64,000 nt of DNA, taken from the NCBI GenBank assembly GCA_963977015.1, contig CAXBMO010000008.1:128001-192000 (forward strand). Direction: 5' to 3'. Shown here piece by piece: positions 1 to 10,628 of this stretch. The stretch's first letter is position 1. Each line of letters starts with the position of its first letter. This stretch comes from an uncultured bacterium (GTDB lineage: Bacteria; Verrucomicrobiota; Verrucomicrobiia; Verrucomicrobiales; DEV007). Below the pieces are notes generated by a model. That model saw nothing but the letters and a program-made list of their open reading frames with translations. It made no database searches and was not told where the DNA came from. A program made the position numbers and the translations under genes.

Positions 1-2
1 AG

Positions 3-971
3 AAGCCGAGTCCGGAGCACCCCACCGGCATCACCCATCGCGACTCGCTGAAGATGGATTGGAGCCACGGGCACAACTCCACCATCCACAACGGAATCAG
101 CCGGATCGGATTTTACACCGGTGGTCATGCCGCTCGATTCCGCGATGAGGATCTCGCGGACAAATGGGTCGAGAAATCGGTAGAGTGGATTGAGGCGAAC
201 AAAGAGGGACCGTTCTTCCTCTTTTTTGCTTCGCACGAGATTCACGTCCCCCGGATTCCGCACGAGCGTTTTCAAGGCAAAACCGGCATGGGATTTCGCA
301 GCGATTCGATCTTGTCGCTCGATTGGTGTGTCGGCGAGCTGATGGCTGCGCTGGATCGATTGGAGTTGGCGGAGAACACCATGATCGTGTTTTGCTCGGA
401 CAACGGCCCTGTGTTGGATGATGGCTACAAAGATGACGCGGTGGAAAAGATTGGCGATCATCGGGCCGCCGGACCGTTTACGGGTGGCAAGTACAGTGTC
501 TACGAGGGAGGAACCCGGACCCCGTTCATCACGCGGTGGAAGGGGCGGATCCAGCCCGCCGTCAGTGACGAAGTCGTTTGCACGATCGATCTAGCCACCA
601 GTCTCTCCCTCCATGCCGGAGTCGAGATTCCCGAAACCGCGTTCACCGACAGCATCGACGTGATGGGAGCCTTGATTGGCGAATCCGGAGCCAAAGGCCG
701 CGAGAACCTGATTCAACAGGACAACGGCGGAAAAGGAAACTTTGGGTTTCGGGTTGGAAATTGGAAACTGGTTCGCCACGATAAAAAATCGGCCCGCAAT
801 CTGGTCGTCGAAACCAAACTTGCCAACACGTCCGTGCCGCAGTTTCAACTCTTCGATCTGTCCAAGGATCCTGCGGAAAAGACCAACGTCATCGCCGAAA
901 ATACGGAGATCGCCGAGCAACTCAAAGCCGGGTTGGAGAATCTGATCGAGGCTGGTCGCAGCCGGAAATAG
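3..971 (+). CDS. Sulfatase/arylsulfatase, 5'-truncated by the window edge
   Basis: Frame is open from base 3. Sulfatase C-terminal motifs PFFLFFASHEIHVP, SDNG, GGKYSVYEGGTRTP, LFDLSKDPAE. Confidence 0.9.
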   Translation, partial: KPSPEHPTGITHRDSLKMDWSHGHNSTIHNGISRIGFYTGGHAARFRDEDLADKWVEKSVEWIEANKEGPFFLFFASHEIHVPRIPHERFQGKTGMGFRSDSILSLDWCVGELMAALDRLELAENTMIVFCSDNGPVLDDGYKDDAVEKIGDHRAAGPFTGGKYSVYEGGTRTPFITRWKGRIQPAVSDEVVCTIDLATSLSLHAGVEIPETAFTDSIDVMGALIGESGAKGRENLIQQDNGGKGNFGFRVGNWKLVRHDKKSARNLVVETKLANTSVPQFQLFDLSKDPAEKTNVIAENTEIAEQLKAGLENLIEAGRSRK

Positions 972-973
972 TC

Positions 974-2401
974 ATGCGCTGGCTCATCCTCTGTTTGGCT
1001 TGTTTCGCAACGTCCTTGGCGCAGGCTACCGATCGTCCCAACATCATTCTCGTCTTCATCGACGACATGGGGTGGGGAGATTTCTCCTGCTTTGGCAACA
1101 CCGAAGCTGAAACGCCGAACATCGATCGATTGGCGGCAGAGGGAATCGCGTTCGAGCAATTCTACGTCAACTCACCCATTTGCTCTCCTTCGCGAGTCGC
1201 CATCTCGACCGGGCAATATCCCCAGCGTTGGCGGATCACTTCCTACCTCAACCATCGCAAGAGCAATGCCCATCGTGGCGTTGCCGATTGGTTGGACCCG
1301 AAGGCGCCGATGTTGGCTCGCTCGCTCCAAAAGGCTGGTTATGCGACGGGGCATTTCGGCAAGTGGCACATGGGTGGCCAGCGTGATGTTCACGAAGCGC
1401 CCCTCATTACGGAATACGGCTTCGACGAGTCGATCACCAACTTCGAGGGGCTTGGTGCGCGGGTGCTGCCGCTGAGGTTCAGTCCGGGGAAGGATCCGGT
1501 GCCGCACAATCTCGGTTCTCACACCTTGGGTCATGGACCGGTGATTTGGCATGATCGCGCCTTCGTCACGGAGAAGTTTGTCGAGTCCGCCGTCGTGTTT
1601 GCGAATTTTGCCGCGAGCCAGGACCAACCCTTCTATCTCAATCTTTGGCCGGACGATGTCCACACGCCCATGCATCCGCCGCTCGATCAATGGGGCGATG
1701 GGAGCAACCGGCACCTGTATCTCAAGGTTCTCGAGACGATGGATCAGCAGCTTGGGGTGCTGTTCGACGCGGTTCGTTCCCACGAAAAGTTGCGGGACAA
1801 CACGATGATCCTGGTTTGCTCGGACAACGGCCCCGAAGTCGGGTTTGGCTCTGCCGGGCCTCTGAAAGGTCACAAGGCGACGCTCTTTGAAGGCGGCGTT
1901 CGTTCGTCGCTGGTGGTTTGGGCACCGGGATTGATGGCCGAGGAAGCCCGGGGCACCCGAAACACCACTTCGGTCTTTTCAGCGATCGACCTGGTTCCCT
2001 CGTTGCTCGCCATTTCCGGGGTGGAGCCTCCAAAGGAAACGAAGTTTGACGGAGAGAACCTCGAGAAGACCCTTCTTGGAACGGAACCAACCTCGCGTCG
2101 CGCGCCCCTCTTCTTCCGGCGCCCGCCGGATCGGGCAAACTTCCGGCATTACACCAATTTGCCGGACCTGGCTGTCCGCAGCGATCGCTGGAAGTTGACT
2201 TGCGATTATGAAGGAAACCAAGTCTCGCTCTTCGATCTGAATTCCGATCCCGCCGAAGAAACCGATGTTTCCGGCGAGAATCCTGAAGTGGTCAGTCGAT
2301 TGGTTTCGGAACTGTTGGCGTGGAATCGGCAACTACCGGCCGACAACGGACCAAACCTGGAAGGCGATCAAAAGTCGAAGCCGGGACCAACGAAGCCTTA
2401 G
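974..2401 (+). CDS. Secreted sulfatase (formylglycine-dependent)
   Basis: Signal peptide; PNIILVFIDDMG, CSPSR (CxPxR), GKWHMG, SDNG, EGGVR. Confidence 0.93.
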   Translation: MRWLILCLACFATSLAQATDRPNIILVFIDDMGWGDFSCFGNTEAETPNIDRLAAEGIAFEQFYVNSPICSPSRVAISTGQYPQRWRITSYLNHRKSNAHRGVADWLDPKAPMLARSLQKAGYATGHFGKWHMGGQRDVHEAPLITEYGFDESITNFEGLGARVLPLRFSPGKDPVPHNLGSHTLGHGPVIWHDRAFVTEKFVESAVVFANFAASQDQPFYLNLWPDDVHTPMHPPLDQWGDGSNRHLYLKVLETMDQQLGVLFDAVRSHEKLRDNTMILVCSDNGPEVGFGSAGPLKGHKATLFEGGVRSSLVVWAPGLMAEEARGTRNTTSVFSAIDLVPSLLAISGVEPPKETKFDGENLEKTLLGTEPTSRRAPLFFRRPPDRANFRHYTNLPDLAVRSDRWKLTCDYEGNQVSLFDLNSDPAEETDVSGENPEVVSRLVSELLAWNRQLPADNGPNLEGDQKSKPGPTKP

Positions 2402-2407
2402 AGCTCG

Positions 2408-3664
2408 TTAGGCGGCGTCTTTTTCAGACGACTCTTCGATCAACTGGATCGGCTCGGTGATTCCTTCGACCACATCGCGATTCAACGTGATCTGGCTGAG
2501 GTTGTCGTTGCTCGGTGCCTCGAACATGACTTCGAGCATCAGCTTTTCGAAAATGGAGCGCAGGGCGCGAGCGCCGGTTCCCCGCTTGATAGCTTCGTCG
2601 GCCAAGGCTTCGAGACCGTCCTCGGTTATTTTCAGATCGACGCCATCCATCGCCAGCAACTTGCTGTACTGCTTGATCATGGCGTTCTTCGGTTCGGTCA
2701 AAATCTGAACCAATTGGTCGCGTTCGAGTTTTTCGAGCGCAGAAATGATGGGCAGACGTCCGATGAATTCCGGAATCAAACCAAAGCCGAGGAGATCTTC
2801 CTGAGTGGCCTGGGTGAGCCTGATTTTCTCGTGATCGACGTGCTCGTTTTCCTCGTTGTGGAAGCCGAGAACCTTTTTGCCGACGCGGCGACCGATGATT
2901 TCTTCCATTCCGACAAACGCACCGCCGCAGATGAAGAGAATGCGTTCGGTGTTGACCTGAATGTATTCCTGCTGCGGGTGCTTGCGTCCGCCTTGCGGTG
3001 GAACGTTGCAGACCGTGCCTTCAAGAATTTTGAGGAGCGCCTGTTGCACGCCCTCGCCCGATACGTCGCGAGTGATGCTGACGTTTTCGGTCTTCCGACC
3101 GATCTTGTCGATCTCGTCGATGTAAATGATGCCGAGTTCTGCCTTTTTGACGTCGTAATCGGCGGTCTGAAGAAGGCGGAGAATGATGTTTTCGACATCT
3201 TCACCCACGTAGCCGGCTTCAGTCAGCGTGGTTGCGTCTGCAATGCAGAAGGGGACGTTGAGAATCCGAGCCAGGGTTTTGGCGAGAAGCGTTTTTCCGG
3301 ATCCGGTTGGCCCGATCAGGAGAATATTGCTCTTCTCGATCTCCACATCGCTGTGAGGACCGGTGACCCCATCCTGATTGATCCGCTTATAGTGGTTGTG
3401 AACCGCAACGGAGAGAACCTTTTTCGCGATGTCCTGACCAATGACGTGCTGATTCAGTTCTTCAAAGATCTCCCGAGGCTTGGGGACGGAAAATTCGGAA
3501 CTGGGTTCGGAGCTTTCCTCTCCCAACTCCTTGTCCAGGATACCTTTACAAACATTGATGCAGCTATCGCAGATGTAAACACCTGGGCCTGCGATCAGTT
3601 TTTTGACTTCGGCATGACTCTTTCCGCAGAAGGAGCACATGGTCAGATTGGAAGCTCTCGCCAT
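2408..3664 (-). CDS. clpX: ATP-dependent Clp protease ATPase subunit
   Basis: CSFCGK...CDSC zinc finger, GPTGSGKT Walker [18 protein letters not shown]. Confidence 0.98.
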   Translation of the reverse strand: MARASNLTMCSFCGKSHAEVKKLIAGPGVYICDSCINVCKGILDKELGEESSEPSSEFSVPKPREIFEELNQHVIGQDIAKKVLSVAVHNHYKRINQDGVTGPHSDVEIEKSNILLIGPTGSGKTLLAKTLARILNVPFCIADATTLTEAGYVGEDVENIILRLLQTADYDVKKAELGIIYIDEIDKIGRKTENVSITRDVSGEGVQQALLKILEGTVCNVPPQGGRKHPQQEYIQVNTERILFICGGAFVGMEEIIGRRVGKKVLGFHNEENEHVDHEKIRLTQATQEDLLGFGLIPEFIGRLPIISALEKLERDQLVQILTEPKNAMIKQYSKLLAMDGVDLKITEDGLEALADEAIKRGTGARALRSIFEKLMLEVMFEAPSNDNLSQITLNRDVVEGITEPIQLIEESSEKDAA

Positions 3665-3800
3665 AAATACTATAGAAAAAGAATAAAGGTTCGGGAGTGG
3701 CCGTAAAATAGTCGCCGTTTTACCGAAACGCCAACGTTTTCACATCAGGGCACAATCCTTCAATGGGAAGACGAACGCGGGGTCCGGAACTTCACCGTTT

Positions 3801-4481
3801 TTACTCTCCTTCTTTGCTGCGATCGAAAACCTTGTCGACCAAGCCGTATTCTTTAGCTTCGTGGGCGCTCATGTAGTAATCGCGATCCGCGTCTTTCTCG
3901 ACCTGCTCAACGGACTTGCCGGTGTGATGGCTGATGATCTTGTTGAGGCGGCGTTTCAGGTTGTACATGAACTCCACGGTGCGTTCGACATCGCTGGCCG
4001 TTCCCTGGGCTCCGCCGGATACCTGGTGAATCATGATGTGGCTGTTGGGCAACGCAAAGCGCTTACCGGCAGCACCTGCACAGAGGAGAACGGCGCCCAT
4101 GCTGGCGGCCATTCCCATGCAATAGGTGTTCACATCACAAGTGACGAACTGCATGGTATCGTAGATTGCCAATCCCGCCGTTACCGAGCCACCCGGGCTG
4201 TTGATGTAGATGTTGATATCCTTTTTGGGATCCTGCATCTGCAGGTAAAGCATCTGGGCGATGAGGTAGTTCGCCAACGGATCACTCACTTGTTCCCCCA
4301 CAAAGATGATCCGGTCTTTCATCAACCGGGAAAGGAGGTCAAATTGGATCAAGGTGCCGCCCTCTTTTTCGATAACGCTCACATTTTGAGGCGCTTGGAC
4401 AACTCGCTGCTGAAGGTGGGCAGGGAGCAAGGGAGAAGTTCCCAGGATGTCTTTTTTGATCTCGGTGTTTGGCTCAAACAT
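3801..4481 (-). CDS. clpP: Clp protease proteolytic subunit
   Basis: YINSPGG, GMAASMG (catalytic Ser), MIHQ, DRD; lies between tig and clpX. Confidence 0.97.
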   Translation of the reverse strand: MFEPNTEIKKDILGTSPLLPAHLQQRVVQAPQNVSVIEKEGGTLIQFDLLSRLMKDRIIFVGEQVSDPLANYLIAQMLYLQMQDPKKDINIYINSPGGSVTAGLAIYDTMQFVTCDVNTYCMGMAASMGAVLLCAGAAGKRFALPNSHIMIHQVSGGAQGTASDVERTVEFMYNLKRRLNKIISHHTGKSVEQVEKDADRDYYMSAHEAKEYGLVDKVFDRSKEGE

Positions 4482-4564
4482 GGTATGAATTGGATAAAGT
4501 GGTTATTGGGCGACGAAAGACGGCAAAAATTCGAGCGGATTAGACTCAAATCCCCGACCGCAGC

Positions 4565-5959
4565 TTACTCAGCCTTCTCATCCGAAGCCGATTCCTCGTC
4601 GTGTGAATGGTCGTGATCGTGGCCTTCGTGACCGTGATCATGTTCGCAATCATGCGCCGGTGGTTCCGTTTCCGTGACACTAGCGTTATCCCTAAGGAAT
4701 TCAAGAGTCTTGCTGGTCACGATCCGGTTCGCGATCTGGCCGAAGCCGTTCGCCTTCTGCACCTGCTTAATGTAGCTGTTCAGCGAAACATTACTCTGGG
4801 CCGCCAACTGTGAGCAGTAGCCAACGATCTCGTTTTCTTCGGCCCGGATTTCCTCTTTTTTGGCGATTTGCTCCAAAATGAAGCTCGTTTTGACGTTCGC
4901 TTCGGCCTGTTGTGACGCGTAGCTGATGATTTCGTCCTTCTTCTCCTCCAAATCATCCTCCGTTGCCCCGCGTTGCGCGATATTCTGGGCAATTTCGTTC
5001 ACCTGGCGCTGAGTCTCGCCAAACACGACCTGTTGAGGAAGCTCGAAATCCAATTCCTTGTCGAGATACTCCAGAATCTGCGTCGTCATCTCCTCGTTCC
5101 GCTGCATTTTCTTGTAGCCTTCGATCTGCTCCTTGGTCCGCTCGCGAAGCGCCTCAAGCGTCAATCCTTCCTCAATCTTTCCAGCCATTTCATCGGTCCA
5201 GTCGGGAATCACCTGCTTTTTGAGTCCCTTTACCTCGGCATGGTAGTTCACGACCTTGCCCCGCATGGGTTCAGCCGGGAATTCGTCGTCGAGCGTGATG
5301 TCAAAATCCTTGGATTCGCCGACGTTCAGGCCCACCAATTGCTCGCAAAAACCGGGAAGAAAGGTGTCCTCACCCATCCGCAGCCAGGCATCTTCGCCTT
5401 TGGCAAGTTGGCCGGTTTCCTTCTCGTCGAGAGGAACGCCGTCCATCACCCCGCCGTAGTCAATCACCACAAAATCGCCCATCTCGATCGGGCGACCATC
5501 GATGTCCTCATATTGGGCCATCCGGGAGCGCATGTGCTCCATTTCGTGATCGACATCGTGATCCGTGACTTCAATGCGGGGCACTTCGACGGGAATGTTC
5601 TTGTATTCCGGAAGGCTGAACTCGGGAGCGGTCTGGATCTTCGCGACAAACGAAAAGGTGTCGTCGAGGTGGAACTCAGGTTCCTCCACGTTCACACCCA
5701 AGACCTCCAGTTCCTCTTTCTTGATGCCCTCGCGATAACCTTCTTCGACCAACTTGGACTGAAGTTGCTCGGTGATCTGCTTGGCATAGCGTTTTTCGAC
5801 AACGTTCGCGGGAACTTTGCCGGGACGGAATCCGGGGATTTTGGCCTGTGCGGCGAACATGGCGACGATGCCTTTGCGCTCTTTTTGGACGACTTCTGCC
5901 GGGATTTCGACCCGCATCGTTGCTTGGCAGTCGGGAAGTCGCTCAACGTGGATATTCAT
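4565..5959 (-). CDS. tig: Trigger factor with His-rich C-terminal tail
   Basis: IPGFRPGK ribosome-binding signature, FKBP-like FLPGFCEQLVG, tig-clpP-clpX synteny. Confidence 0.96.
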   Translation of the reverse strand: MNIHVERLPDCQATMRVEIPAEVVQKERKGIVAMFAAQAKIPGFRPGKVPANVVEKRYAKQITEQLQSKLVEEGYREGIKKEELEVLGVNVEEPEFHLDDTFSFVAKIQTAPEFSLPEYKNIPVEVPRIEVTDHDVDHEMEHMRSRMAQYEDIDGRPIEMGDFVVIDYGGVMDGVPLDEKETGQLAKGEDAWLRMGEDTFLPGFCEQLVGLNVGESKDFDITLDDEFPAEPMRGKVVNYHAEVKGLKKQVIPDWTDEMAGKIEEGLTLEALRERTKEQIEGYKKMQRNEEMTTQILEYLDKELDFELPQQVVFGETQRQVNEIAQNIAQRGATEDDLEEKKDEIISYASQQAEANVKTSFILEQIAKKEEIRAEENEIVGYCSQLAAQSNVSLNSYIKQVQKANGFGQIANRIVTSKTLEFLRDNASVTETEPPAHDCEHDHGHEGHDHDHSHDEESASDEKAE

Positions 5960-6097
5960 GATGTTTCTCCTCAGTAAATTCGAAGTGGTTGATCCCCATT
6001 TTGAAGGGGACCGCGACCCTAGGACAGGTTTTTGAAAAACCCAAGCGCAAACCTATCTTCAAAAACACAGAATCCAGAGCGACCGGGTTCCCGCCGC

Positions 6098-7378
6098 CTA
6101 GGTCAGGAACGCGTTCAAGGCGAGATCCGGCACATCGGCACCGATGTAGGCGATCGCGGTGGTGGACGGTCGAAAGGTTTGTTTCGCCAATTCCTGAACC
6201 TCTCCTGCCGTGACGCCGCGGAGTTTGGCGAACGATTCCGCAGGCTCGATGACGCGCCCGTAGGCGAGCAGGCTTTCCCCGCACCACATCATCTGGTTGG
6301 CGGTGCTTTCCAGCGCCATCCGCCCCTGGCCGATGGTGTAGGTGACCGCCTGATCGAGCATTTTCGCGTTCACTTTGTTGGCTTGAAAGTCGTGAAGACA
6401 ATCGGCGATCAAATCCAGCGCCTTGGGAACGTTCTCGAGGTCCAGACCCGTCGAAATCGAAAGCAACCCGGTGTCTTCCAGGTTCATCACGTCGCTGAAC
6501 ACGCTGTAGCAAAGGCCGTTTTCCTCACGCAAAACCTGGAACAACTTGCTGCTCATGTTCTCACCCAAGAGCACGTTGAGGATTTTGAGCCCGTGGCGCT
6601 CGGTGGCGTGTCGGCCGTGGGTATGGAAGCCGATGCAGACGTGGGCTTGCTCGATGTGGTCGCGAATTTCCTCGCAGCGCCGGGGGCCGCTCTCCTTCAT
6701 CGATTCCGGAACCTTGGGGCAGGTCAGTTTTTCGCCTTTTGGCAGGTGCTCGACCAGTGGTTGCACCAGGGCGAGAAACTCCGCGTGATTCAGCTTTCCC
6801 GCGGCGCTGATGATCAGGTTCTCGCCCGTGTAACGCGTTTGGTGAAAACTGAAGAGATCGCCCCGGTTGATTTCTTCAACCGATTCGGAAGTTCCGGTGA
6901 TGGGACGGCCGAGCGGATGTTCCGGCCAGGCTGCCGCGCCCAGCAGGTCCTCCACGTGTTGCGACGGGTTGTCGCGATACATGTTGATCTCTTCGAGGAT
7001 GACCTCGCGTTCGCGCTCGATCTCGACCGGATCGCAGTTTGGGTGGCAGACCAGATCCATGAGGACGTCGGTCAGCAATCCCAGCGTTTCCGCCGGTCCC
7101 CGGGTGTAAAAACAGGTATGATCTTCCGTGGTGAAGGCGTCCACGCTCGCGCCGATTCCCTCGATCTCCCGGCTGATCTGAATCGCGTCACGCGTCGGCG
7201 TGCCCTTGAAGAGCAGATGCTCCACAAAGTGGGCGATCCCGTTCAATGCTGGCGATTCGTAACGACTGCCGACCGCAGCCCAGGCCCCGACGCAGACGCT
7301 TTCCATAAAGGGCATTTCCGCGGTGACGACCGTGACTCCATTCTCCAGAACAGTGGTATTGTAAGTCGCGGCATTCAT
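6098..7378 (-). CDS. M16 family (pitrilysin-like) zinc peptidase
   Basis: Inverted zincin motif GIAHFVEHLLFKGT; EREVILEE; SSKLFQVLRE. Confidence 0.93.
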   Translation of the reverse strand: MNAATYNTTVLENGVTVVTAEMPFMESVCVGAWAAVGSRYESPALNGIAHFVEHLLFKGTPTRDAIQISREIEGIGASVDAFTTEDHTCFYTRGPAETLGLLTDVLMDLVCHPNCDPVEIEREREVILEEINMYRDNPSQHVEDLLGAAAWPEHPLGRPITGTSESVEEINRGDLFSFHQTRYTGENLIISAAGKLNHAEFLALVQPLVEHLPKGEKLTCPKVPESMKESGPRRCEEIRDHIEQAHVCIGFHTHGRHATERHGLKILNVLLGENMSSKLFQVLREENGLCYSVFSDVMNLEDTGLLSISTGLDLENVPKALDLIADCLHDFQANKVNAKMLDQAVTYTIGQGRMALESTANQMMWCGESLLAYGRVIEPAESFAKLRGVTAGEVQELAKQTFRPSTTAIAYIGADVPDLALNAFLT

Positions 7379-7437
7379 CTCAAGTTTCGGGCTAAGGTTC
7401 CTCGCAAACGGCGCCTCGGCCGTCGTTCGCGGTGAGT

Positions 7438-8091
7438 TTACGCGTCCAATAGTCGACTCGCCAGTACGAGGTCAGACGGGAAGGTGACTTTTAAATTCGG
7501 ATGCGGATTCTCGATCAAATAGACGGGTTCGCCAAGTGCTTCAACTGCAGAAACTTCGTCAGTTACGATTTTGTCAGTCTCAAGCACCTGCTGATAGGAG
7601 CGGCGAATCAGCTCCAGCTGGAAACACTGCGGCGTTTCCATCGCCCAGAGATGGTCGCGGTCGACGCTTTCCGTGACGCGGCAGGAGTCGTCCGCCCGTT
7701 TCAGCGTTTCCGTGATGCGGCGGGCGCAGGAGGCGGCTCCCTGTTCGCGAGCGCCCTTGATGCAGGCCGAGATTGATTCCGCGTGAATCAACGGGCGCGC
7801 GCCATCGTGAATCGCGACCAGCCAGCAATCGGGAGAAACCGCATTGAGCCCATTCGCGACCGAAAAGTGGCGTTCGCTGCCACCTTCCACCAGCTTGGTT
7901 TGCGGATTCCAACCGCGAATCTGCTCCCAGTTGGAGGTCGAGGTTACGACAATGACTTCGTCAATTTCCGGATGGTCATGAAACGCGGCGAGGCTGCGAG
8001 CCAGCACCGGTTTTCCTGACAAATCGGCGAAAAGCTTGTCGAAACCCATCCGGCGACTGGAGCCGGCGGCGACAATAATGGCCGAAGTCAT
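7438..8091 (-). CDS. ispD: 2-C-methyl-D-erythritol 4-phosphate cytidylyltransferase
   Basis: AAGSSRRMG, GGSER..SV, IHDGARP, ETPQ, TDE, NLKVT. Confidence 0.95.
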   Translation of the reverse strand: MTSAIIVAAGSSRRMGFDKLFADLSGKPVLARSLAAFHDHPEIDEVIVVTSTSNWEQIRGWNPQTKLVEGGSERHFSVANGLNAVSPDCWLVAIHDGARPLIHAESISACIKGAREQGAASCARRITETLKRADDSCRVTESVDRDHLWAMETPQCFQLELIRRSYQQVLETDKIVTDEVSAVEALGEPVYLIENPHPNLKVTFPSDLVLASRLLDA

Positions 8092-8543
8092 CCGAGTCGT
8101 TCCATCACCAACTTGGAAAGCAGTTTGTTGTCGGCGCGACCGGCCGCTTTCTCCTGAAGCTGCTTCATCACGGCGCCCATTTCCTTCTTGGACGTGGCGC
8201 CGACTTCCGCGATGACTTCGTCAACGAGTTTGCCGATCTCGTCTTCGGTCATTGCCGCTGGCAGATAGGATTCCAATACCACAATTTCGGCAGCTTCATT
8301 GGCGGCGAGTTCGTCACGACCCGCCTCCTTGAAGCTCGCGATCGAATCCTGACGCTGCTTGATCGCCTTGCGCACGATCCCCATCGTATCGGCCTCGTTC
8401 AACTCACCATCCGCGCCGTGTTTTTCAATCGTGGCCATCTGGATCGCCGACTTCAGGGAACGCAACACGGTCAGGCGCGGTGCGTCTTTCGCTTTCATCG
8501 CGTCTTTAATGTCGGTGACGATCTGTTGGGACAAAGTGCTCAT
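8088..8543 (-). CDS. GatB/YqeY domain protein
   Basis: DIKDAMKAKD..RL..LR, KQRQDSI..F..AGR, YLP, MGAVMK. Confidence 0.92.
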   Translation of the reverse strand: MSTLSQQIVTDIKDAMKAKDAPRLTVLRSLKSAIQMATIEKHGADGELNEADTMGIVRKAIKQRQDSIASFKEAGRDELAANEAAEIVVLESYLPAAMTEDEIGKLVDEVIAEVGATSKKEMGAVMKQLQEKAAGRADNKLLSKLVMERLG

Positions 8544-8564
8544 TTCAGACGTAAGCTAGGGGCA

Positions 8565-9053
8565 ATGAGTAAATCCGCAAACGCGAACCTGGCCGGGCGA
8601 ATCTGGAAGATCGGCCTTGGCCTGAGCCTGATTGCCGTGGGCTCGTTTTTTGTATGGTGGCTTTGGGCCGTCTGGGACAAAGCCGGAGACATGGATGACT
8701 GGCAGGAGGCTCCGGGTCAAATCATCGCCTCAAGCGTGGCTGACTGGCGTTACAACGAATTCAGCCGACTCGAATACGAGCCGAGAGTTCGCTACCGGTT
8801 CCAAGTCGGCACGAAAGATTACGTCGGCGAACGAATCCGCCGGGTCTCTATCCGCAGCACCTCCTCTGCCAAGGCAAAAAAATGGATCGAACGCTATCCA
8901 GCAGGTGAATCAGTGACCGTTTACTTCGATCCCGACGATCCCCAACTTTCCGTCCTCAAGCGCGACACCAAGGCGTCGCTCTATTCCATCTGGTTCCCGT
9001 TCCTCTTTGTGGTGGGAGGAGCCGGGATGGTTTTCTCCGCCGTCCGGCCTTAA
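8565..9053 (+). CDS. DUF3592-like membrane protein
   Basis: N- and C-terminal TM helices; W...G.I..S, YEP.VRY, YP.G..VTVYFDP.DP..SVL pattern. ATG at 8565 chosen to avoid overlap with yqeY. Confidence 0.78.
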   Translation: MSKSANANLAGRIWKIGLGLSLIAVGSFFVWWLWAVWDKAGDMDDWQEAPGQIIASSVADWRYNEFSRLEYEPRVRYRFQVGTKDYVGERIRRVSIRSTSSAKAKKWIERYPAGESVTVYFDPDDPQLSVLKRDTKASLYSIWFPFLFVVGGAGMVFSAVRP

Positions 9054-9298
9054 TCGTTTTCGTTATCCGCATCACGGATCGCAGTGAGGGCGTCCAGGAA
9101 ATCCTGAATGTGCTCACTGGGAAGCATGATGGTGTCTCGTCGACCCCTAACGTCTTCGGTGATTTTCACAAAACGACCCCGGTTGTTTTCCTTGAGGTCG
9201 AGGAAGAAGATCTTGCGTTCCGTAATGATCTTTTCCGTATGGATCGGGCCTTGATGGCGTTCGTCTTGTTGGTTGTCGTTATCGCGGTATCCAAACAT
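9050..9298 (-). CDS. Single PUR-repeat (Pur-alpha-like) nucleic-acid-binding protein
   Basis: KIFFLDLKENNRGRFVKITE...RRDTIMLP resembles the PUR repeat consensus (K.FYLDxKxNxRGRFxKIxE). Confidence 0.85.
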   Translation of the reverse strand: MFGYRDNDNQQDERHQGPIHTEKIITERKIFFLDLKENNRGRFVKITEDVRGRRDTIMLPSEHIQDFLDALTAIRDADNEND

Positions 9299-9479
9299 AG
9301 GTAGCGATGGTTGTTTCCTGCAAAGGCCCGGTGAAAATTGGGCAAGCCGAGCCCTTTCGGAATAGGTTGTTGGTTAGTTAGTAGTTATCGGTTAAATAAT
9401 GCGGGCATATACGCCTGAATCCCAGGGGCAATCAACTGCACAAGTTCAAAGCTTAGGAGCCTCCTCGTTAGAACAAACT

Positions 9480-10448
9480 TCATAATCCCATGGCAGTACG
9501 AACACGGCCCAGAACATTCACGGCCACCGCGCGGGCTTTCTTTGCGCCATTTTCCAAAATCTGGTCAATTTCATCGGGATTTTGGGTCAATTCCTCGCGT
9601 TTTGCCCGCATAGGCTCGAAATAATCCCACATTGCAGAGAAAAGGCGCTTCTTGAAGTCGCCATATCCCACGCCCCCTGCTCGGAATTGCTCAGCCATTT
9701 CCGCAACGTCTTCCTGGGACGCGAAAAGCTGATAAAGGGCGTAGATCATGGATGCATCGGGATCCTTGGAATCTTCCACGCCCATGGAGTCGGTCACGAT
9801 CCGCATCACCTTCTTCCGCATCGCTTTCTCCGGCTCAAACAACTCGATCGTGTTGTTGTAGCTCTTGCTCATCTTCTCGCCATCCAGGCCGGGCACTTTG
9901 GCGGTCGATTCGCGAATTTTCGGTGTCGGAATCTTGAGGAGTTCTTCACCACCGCCGTAGAGGTTGTTGATCTTGCCGGCGAGATCGCGAGTGACCTCAA
10001 CATGCTGTTTCTGATCCTTCCCGACGGGGACGACGTCGCTGTCGTAAATCAGAATATCGGCCGCCATAAGGACCGGGTAGGCAAACAATCCGTGGGTTGC
10101 TTCCAGACCACGGGCCACTTTGTCCTTGTAAGAGTGGCAGCGCTCCAATAGCCCCATCGAGCAGACGCAACTGAGCAACCAGCTCAATTCCGTGACTTCA
10201 GGGACGTCGCTTTGCCGAAAAAAGACCGACTTTTCCGGGTCGAGGCCACAGGCGAGAAAGTCGATCGCCACGTTGCGCACATTTTCCCGCAAGACGGCTG
10301 GATCGGTGATCGTCGTCAGGGAATGAAAATCCGCGATGAAGTAGTAGGCCTCGCCTTCATTTTGCAACGCAATCGCCGGCTCCATCATCCCGAAATAATT
10401 CCCCAGGTGAAGTCTGCCCGACGGCTGAATACCGCTGAGAATCCGCAT
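9480..10448 (-). CDS. trpS: Tryptophan--tRNA ligase
   Basis: SGIQPSG.LHLGNY (HIGH), YPVLMAADIL, VPVGKDQKQH, KMSKS. Confidence 0.97.
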   Translation of the reverse strand: MRILSGIQPSGRLHLGNYFGMMEPAIALQNEGEAYYFIADFHSLTTITDPAVLRENVRNVAIDFLACGLDPEKSVFFRQSDVPEVTELSWLLSCVCSMGLLERCHSYKDKVARGLEATHGLFAYPVLMAADILIYDSDVVPVGKDQKQHVEVTRDLAGKINNLYGGGEELLKIPTPKIRESTAKVPGLDGEKMSKSYNNTIELFEPEKAMRKKVMRIVTDSMGVEDSKDPDASMIYALYQLFASQEDVAEMAEQFRAGGVGYGDFKKRLFSAMWDYFEPMRAKREELTQNPDEIDQILENGAKKARAVAVNVLGRVRTAMGL

Positions 10449-10628
10449 CCCGCAGGATTGCTTGCCGCAGCGAGATGTCAACTGTTGGAGGCACCCGAAA
10501 TCGCCGGAAAGGAGCCGCGATTGGCAACCCGGGACTCTCGAAAATCAGACATTGCCAAATCTTTTGGAGTTTTGTAGACTCGAAGACCTGCTTACATCAA
10601 CCCACACATACCTCCCTTGATCGATATC

